From: an uncultured Clostridia bacterium
GTDB taxonomy: Bacteria > Bacillota > Clostridia > Christensenellales > UBA1242
Assembly (NCBI GenBank): GCA_937907645.1
Contig: CALCWV010000065.1
Location: 1-51,291 of the forward strand
Length of the DNA stretch: 51,291 nt
Direction: 5' to 3'
A program made the translations under genes and the position numbers. The notes beneath the pieces were generated by a model. It did not search any database and was not told the DNA's origin. It saw only the letters and a program-made list of their open reading frames with translations. Below, in pieces: positions 46,506-51,291 of the stretch (position 1 is its first letter; each line of letters starts with the position of its first letter).

Positions 46506-49500
46506 TTATGCCCAGTGGATCCATAAATCATCCAAATAGATCCATTCTCCATTTGCATCAGTTATTTGCTGTCCGTTCCATTTTAAATTTTTCTCCAAAT
46601 AATGCTCAGAAGAGTCCCATCGATGAATATTCGTTTCACCGCCGCTGCTTGTTGCGTTTATGTGGTAAGAAGAATCTTTTCCAGTTGGTGATTGTAGAGG
46701 AACTTTGTTTCCATATGAAACCGTCTGATAAATAGCAAAATTTGTAAAGCTTATAAATTGATTTTTACTCCAATTGGTATATGCAGTTAATGCATGATAA
46801 CTATTTGGATTTAAGTTTGAGTCATATTTAAATTCGAAGGTCATACTAACCTTTGTCAGACTAGAACTTAATGTTACCGTCTTATTAGGCCTCTCATACT
46901 TTGATGTGCTTGGGTTAAACATCTCTCCTGCCTCAAATTCTAATGTAACTGTTTTCCCAGGCGTTCCAGTAACATCAAACTCCAGGGTATATTCTTGATT
47001 TTGAAGCATATAATTTTGTAAATTTTGAATAATTGGTCCCGATTGATCTGCCGTCCCCAAACTTGTCCATCTCGCGACTGCGCCTGAATTTTCAATTGTC
47101 CATGTCTTATCTTTATCTTCATTATAAGAATGTAGAAGTAGCGAATTATCTCCTTCGTTGAACTTATACTGGCCATAAAGTCCAAGCACACCAAGTTTAA
47201 AAGTACGTCGTTGAAGTTTAAGCGTCAATGTCAAATTGGCATCTTGTGGATAATGCTCAAAATATTGTACCAAATAATAGAATCCATTTACTAAGTAAGA
47301 GAGAGGATTTCCTTTTTCATCAGTATAACCAGATTCATATTTTCCTCCTATCGGATTTTCCCCCCAGTATCCTACAAGTGAATAACCTGTTGGAGGCGTA
47401 GGCATCGTTATTCTAGTTATTTGATTTGTACAAGCCGCATTCGAATAGAGTTTATTAACACCTCTTCTTAAATAAATAGTTGATGTCCCTCCTGAAGCCC
47501 CATTTTTATCAAGATTTACAGTTACAACATTTCCAACCCATTTTGCTGATAGAGTTTTATCCGATGCAAGGTATTTATAAACATAATCATATTTCACTGT
47601 TCCGGATGATGAAGTTGTTCCAGCTGTGAATGAACCAGTTCCGGCATTTGTATAGAAAGTTCCACTAGTTAAATCAAATAATCCAATTACTCCGTCTGAA
47701 TTTCTTTTTACAGGAATATAATCACGAATCAAAGTACGGTTCTTCCAAACCTTAAAAGCATATAGTTTCATTTTCGAGAAATTATCTGGATTACCTGCTC
47801 GATTATCTGCAAATATTGATAAAGAAGAATTAGATTGTCTTGTAATAGTAGTCGTGATATTATAATCATATGTTGCTGGTCCGCGAATACTAAACTTTTT
47901 TTCTAGTCCATCCAGCGTAATACTTGTTCTTCCTGTAGTCGCTGAAACAGTAGATGCCGTCCAATTTCCTATGCCATCTTTATAAGCAAAAGCCCATTTT
48001 GCATCTCCATTTATATATACCCCAAATGATACATTATTTGAAGTATCTGTGTCAAATGTATGTCCAAAAGGTCGTTGTTGACGAGTCGTTACATCTGTAT
48101 ATTGGAAATCTGCAAACACCTTAATGTCGCTTGTAGTATAAACTCCGGTATCAATATATTGAGTTCCCGTAGATTGAATATAGTCAAGTATCGTATATCC
48201 ATCTATGTTTCCATACCAGCCATTGAATGTATAACCCGTTCTTGTTGGCGTTGGAAGAGTTTCATAGAAAGCTCCATAAGTATATTTTCTTGAAGAAGGA
48301 GAAACACTTCCCCCATTTGCATTAAATGTTGCAGTGTATGTTATTGGAGTCCAATCAGAGTAAATATTTACATTACCTGCATGAATCCAATTCCCTTTTG
48401 CATCCGTATATCCACTAACATTATTTTTCACATTTCCGCTTCCATCGGTTAATTGACTTCCATTTAAACACCAACCCTTGAAACTAAATCCCGCTAACGT
48501 AGGAGTAGAAGGTATTTTTGTTTTGGAGCCATATGTTTGTGTAATTGAATTCAAAGTATTAAGCTTAATAAGTTGAATACTCACTTTACAATTTGTAAAT
48601 TTATATCCCCATTTTCCGTCAGAGTTGGCAGCTGAACCTTTCCAAATCCAGAAACTACAAGTTTCAATTTCTTGCTGATTTTGCTCTGAGATTGTTACAA
48701 CTCCTGAAATCCAAGTTTCACCAACTGCTGGTAATCTTCCAAGGCTTTGATAAACACGGGCACCAGACAAGTTAGTTCTATCTCCACGTTTAAATTCGAA
48801 TGCTAAACAAGCTCCCGTTCCCAATCTTTCAAACGATCCGTCGAGGGTACTTACTTTAAACGCATATCTCTCTCCAGCTTTAACTCTCAATCCACGTAGA
48901 AGGCCAATCGTAATATTTGCATTTGTCATTGAACCATTTAAAGTCATACTTGCTCCGTCTGAACTTGGAGTAATAGTTATACCTTCTTCTGTTCGTGCTG
49001 TATTTGACCATGTTCCTCCACCATTCAGAGGTTGATAATTATATACTGATGCTGTATATGTATTCGCCGTCCACTGAGGATAAACTGTTGTGTCTGAGGC
49101 TTTTACATATTTTCTATTTGAATCTGTATACCCAGAAAGTGTTTTAATCTTTCCGTCTGCTCCTATAAGCTGTGAACCGCCTGTTTCACTCGTATAATAT
49201 CCGTTGAATGTATAGCCCGTCTTGCTTACTATTGGATTGTTGTCGCAAATTTGATCGTATGTCGCCAATTTGGAAAGCCTGATATTTTTTACATATAGAA
49301 TGTCTCCAACTTCATAAGGGGCATCAAATGTTAACGATTTCCATTGAACATTTTTATCATATGTAAAATCTATCATTCTTGTCTCATAAGTTGTTGATAT
49401 ACTGATTTCTTTTATTAGATAATTTCCCGCCTCAATCCTCATATCTACTACGCTTAATTCTCTGCTCGATTTAATATCAACAGTTAAGCGATATCTTTCG

Positions 49501-51291
49501 CCGTTGACCATATATGGAGAAAAACCGTTAAAATAAACTCTTCCCTTTGGATAAGTTGTATCCACAGCTGTTATCTCCCACTTATATTCTCCCGACCCTG
49601 ATGTAGGCCTTGTAACCGTGCAACCATTTGTCTTTATTCTTGTCTGATTAGAGTATGCAGCAGGTAAAACTGGAAGAATTCCGTTATAAGTTATTGGATA
49701 TTCATTCGCAGTCCACTGTGCATAAAGATTTACAACCCCTCCATTCGTTGAAGTTAAGTTCTTTACGCTTGCTTGGTTAGCGTGTGCAACTGCTCCTGTT
49801 GCAGAGGTCGCCCAGCCTGCAAAAGTATAACCTGTTCTCGTAAAGGCATTTGCTGTTAAATTCTTCGCTGCGTCATATGTGTGGGTGGAATTATTCATTG
49901 TGCCCGCTCCACCATTGGCGTTGTATTTTACTTGATAGGTATTTGGTATCCAAAGGGCTTTGAGGGTTACACTTTCATTCTTGAAGTAGTATGTGTTTGA
50001 ATCCCCAAGTGCATCGTTATTGCTAAATACCTCCGTTGGTCTGATTCCGCTTGTGTTCAGCCATAGATAAGCACAGTTCTTTTCAGGAGTTTTTGGGCCT
50101 GGGATTCCTTCGCTCCACTTATTATAACATCCAAGTGCATAAAACCAACTTGTAATGCCAATTGATCCGTCGATAAATGTCGATGCGGATGAAGATTTGG
50201 CAATCCCCTGAAATGTTGTTGAACTTGTGTTTGAATTCCAATCAATATGAACAGCAGAATATCCTGTGACAGTCCCACTCGTCGCAGGGTTTGACGTCTG
50301 CTTCCACTGATTGTATTTAGTTCCTAAATGGTCATATTGAAGTAAGAATTCAAACGTAGTAAGGTTAAGTTTTGACATTGTGGAGAATTGTGCGTTCCTG
50401 TAAGTATCATTTCTGACCTTTGTCGCTAGATTGTCCGAAGATGAGAAAAGTTGTGTTCCAGAAAGATTGTTGTGATAAAGAATTTGCATCCATTCCTTGC
50501 TGTTTATCGTTTTTGTAGCGATCCACCCCGCGAACGTATATCCCGTTCTTGTCGGGTCGCTAATAGTTGTGGATGTCCCATAGTTTCCGCTAACCGAGGA
50601 ATTTGACGTAGATTCTTTATATTTTCCCCCATTTGGATTAATTGTCACTTTGTAGGTATTCGCCGTCCACTTTGCATAAAGGTTTACGACTGCGCCATTG
50701 GTTGCTGACAAGTTCTTTACGCTTGCCTCGTCATTATGTACTTTATTTCCTGACGCGGATGTCGCCCAACCTGCAAAGGTGTAGCCTGTCCTTGTGAACG
50801 TGTTTTTCGTTAATTTCTTCGCTACATCATATGTGTGAGATGAGTTCGCCATTGAGCCAGATCCGCCGTTAGCATTGTATTTTACTTGATAGCTAATTGC
50901 CGTCCATTTCGCATAGAGGGTTTTATTTCCTGTTGTTTGATACATGTTATTAATACATGTTCCGCTTGCATCTACATATTGTGTTCCAGATCCACCTGTT
51001 GATGTGAAATATCCTTTAAAGGTGTATCCTGTTCTAGTCGGAACAGTGATCTTGTAATTAGCAAGTCCAGAGGTACAAGCTTCATTTGTATAATAATAGT
51101 AAGGTGATGACTGCTCATATTTATACCAAATATTAGTCGTTCCTCCCGTTCCACTCTGCTTGTCAAATGTTACTTTGTAAACATTTGGCGACCACTGTGC
51201 ATAAATTGTATGATCCTTCGTAGAACTTACAACAGCTGTGTCTTTAACCTGTGTTCCACCACTCATTGCTGTAAACCATCCTTTAAACGTA
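46506..51291 (-). CDS. Giant modular surface/adhesin-like protein with Listeria-Bacteroides (Flg_new) repeats, partial with the 5' end outside the window
   Basis: The frame stays open to the window edge (TFKGWFTAMSGG...). It has many copies of the TRTGYTF.GW......(L/V)YA.WT repeat, interleaved with unrelated beta-rich ~150-250-aa domains. Confidence 0.85.
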   Translation of the reverse strand, partial: TFKGWFTAMSGGTQVKDTAVVSSTKDHTIYAQWSPNVYKVTFDKQSGTGGTTNIWYKYEQSSPYYYYTNEACTSGLANYKITVPTRTGYTFKGYFTSTGGSGTQYVDASGTCINNMYQTTGNKTLYAKWTAISYQVKYNANGGSGSMANSSHTYDVAKKLTKNTFTRTGYTFAGWATSASGNKVHNDEASVKNLSATNGAVVNLYAKWTANTYKVTINPNGGKYKESTSNSSVSGNYGTSTTISDPTRTGYTFAGWIATKTINSKEWMQILYHNNLSGTQLFSSSDNLATKVRNDTYRNAQFSTMSKLNLTTFEFLLQYDHLGTKYNQWKQTSNPATSGTVTGYSAVHIDWNSNTSSTTFQGIAKSSSASTFIDGSIGITSWFYALGCYNKWSEGIPGPKTPEKNCAYLWLNTSGIRPTEVFSNNDALGDSNTYYFKNESVTLKALWIPNTYQVKYNANGGAGTMNNSTHTYDAAKNLTANAFTRTGYTFAGWATSATGAVAHANQASVKNLTSTNGGVVNLYAQWTANEYPITYNGILPVLPAAYSNQTRIKTNGCTVTRPTSGSGEYKWEITAVDTTYPKGRVYFNGFSPYMVNGERYRLTVDIKSSRELSVVDMRIEAGNYLIKEISISTTYETRMIDFTYDKNVQWKSLTFDAPYEVGDILYVKNIRLSKLATYDQICDNNPIVSKTGYTFNGYYTSETGGSQLIGADGKIKTLSGYTDSNRKYVKASDTTVYPQWTANTYTASVYNYQPLNGGGTWSNTARTEEGITITPSSDGASMTLNGSMTNANITIGLLRGLRVKAGERYAFKVSTLDGSFERLGTGACLAFEFKRGDRTNLSGARVYQSLGRLPAVGETWISGVVTISEQNQQEIETCSFWIWKGSAANSDGKWGYKFTNCKVSIQLIKLNTLNSITQTYGSKTKIPSTPTLAGFSFKGWCLNGSQLTDGSGNVKNNVSGYTDAKGNWIHAGNVNIYSDWTPITYTATFNANGGSVSPSSRKYTYGAFYETLPTPTRTGYTFNGWYGNIDGYTILDYIQSTGTQYIDTGVYTTSDIKVFADFQYTDVTTRQQRPFGHTFDTDTSNNVSFGVYINGDAKWAFAYKDGIGNWTASTVSATTGRTSITLDGLEKKFSIRGPATYDYNITTTITRQSNSSLSIFADNRAGNPDNFSKMKLYAFKVWKNRTLIRDYIPVKRNSDGVIGLFDLTSGTFYTNAGTGSFTAGTTSSSGTVKYDYVYKYLASDKTLSAKWVGNVVTVNLDKNGASGGTSTIYLRRGVNKLYSNAACTNQITRITMPTPPTGYSLVGYWGENPIGGKYESGYTDEKGNPLSYLVNGFYYLVQYFEHYPQDANLTLTLKLQRRTFKLGVLGLYGQYKFNEGDNSLLLHSYNEDKDKTWTIENSGAVARWTSLGTADQSGPIIQNLQNYMLQNQEYTLEFDVTGTPGKTVTLEFEAGEMFNPSTSKYERPNKTVTLSSSLTKVSMTFEFKYDSNLNPNSYHALTAYTNWSKNQFISFTNFAIYQTVSYGNKVPLQSPTGKDSSYHINATSSGGETNIHRWDSSEHYLEKNLKWNGQQITDANGEWIYLDDLWIHWA

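Overview
This is an AT-rich chromosomal segment from an endospore-forming Firmicute, as shown by a gerA-type germinant-receptor operon. Housekeeping genes dominate. They are trxB, ung, eno, T-box-controlled tyrS, a short yigZ/IMPACT-like ORF, recX, acpS, helD, rplJ-rplL, leuS, ftsH, a P-type ATPase, cca, a VanW-family gene, and the str operon (rpsL-rpsG-fusA-tuf). They also include a sigma-region-4-only protein, pcrA-ligA, a U32 peptidase, tsaD, prfB (textbook +1 frameshift), and about 4.8 kb of a giant Listeria-Bacteroides-repeat surface protein that runs off the window. I found no rRNA, tRNA, CRISPR array, transposase, integrase or recognisable defence gene. The unusual content is non-coding. 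(1) A modular family of structured intergenic elements sits directly 3' of four unrelated genes and in the same orientation. It consists of a ~150-nt multi-helix module ('M1') with compensatory base changes between copies and usually its own terminator, plus a hairpin module ('H') with a tandem GA/GA internal loop. The family fills the whole 880-bp vanW-tuf spacer as a large inverted mosaic. (2) At the left edge there is an array of nine different mini-hairpins punctuated by a phased 8-mer (ATATCATT). (3) The rpsL-rpsG spacer is abnormally long (425 nt) and carries a duplicated, covarying stem-internal-loop motif. (4) Four genes lacking a Shine-Dalgarno (SD) sequence start exactly 7 nt after an (extended) -10 box, which predicts leaderless mRNAs. 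All functional readings of these elements are inference and need covariance-model searches and transcript mapping.
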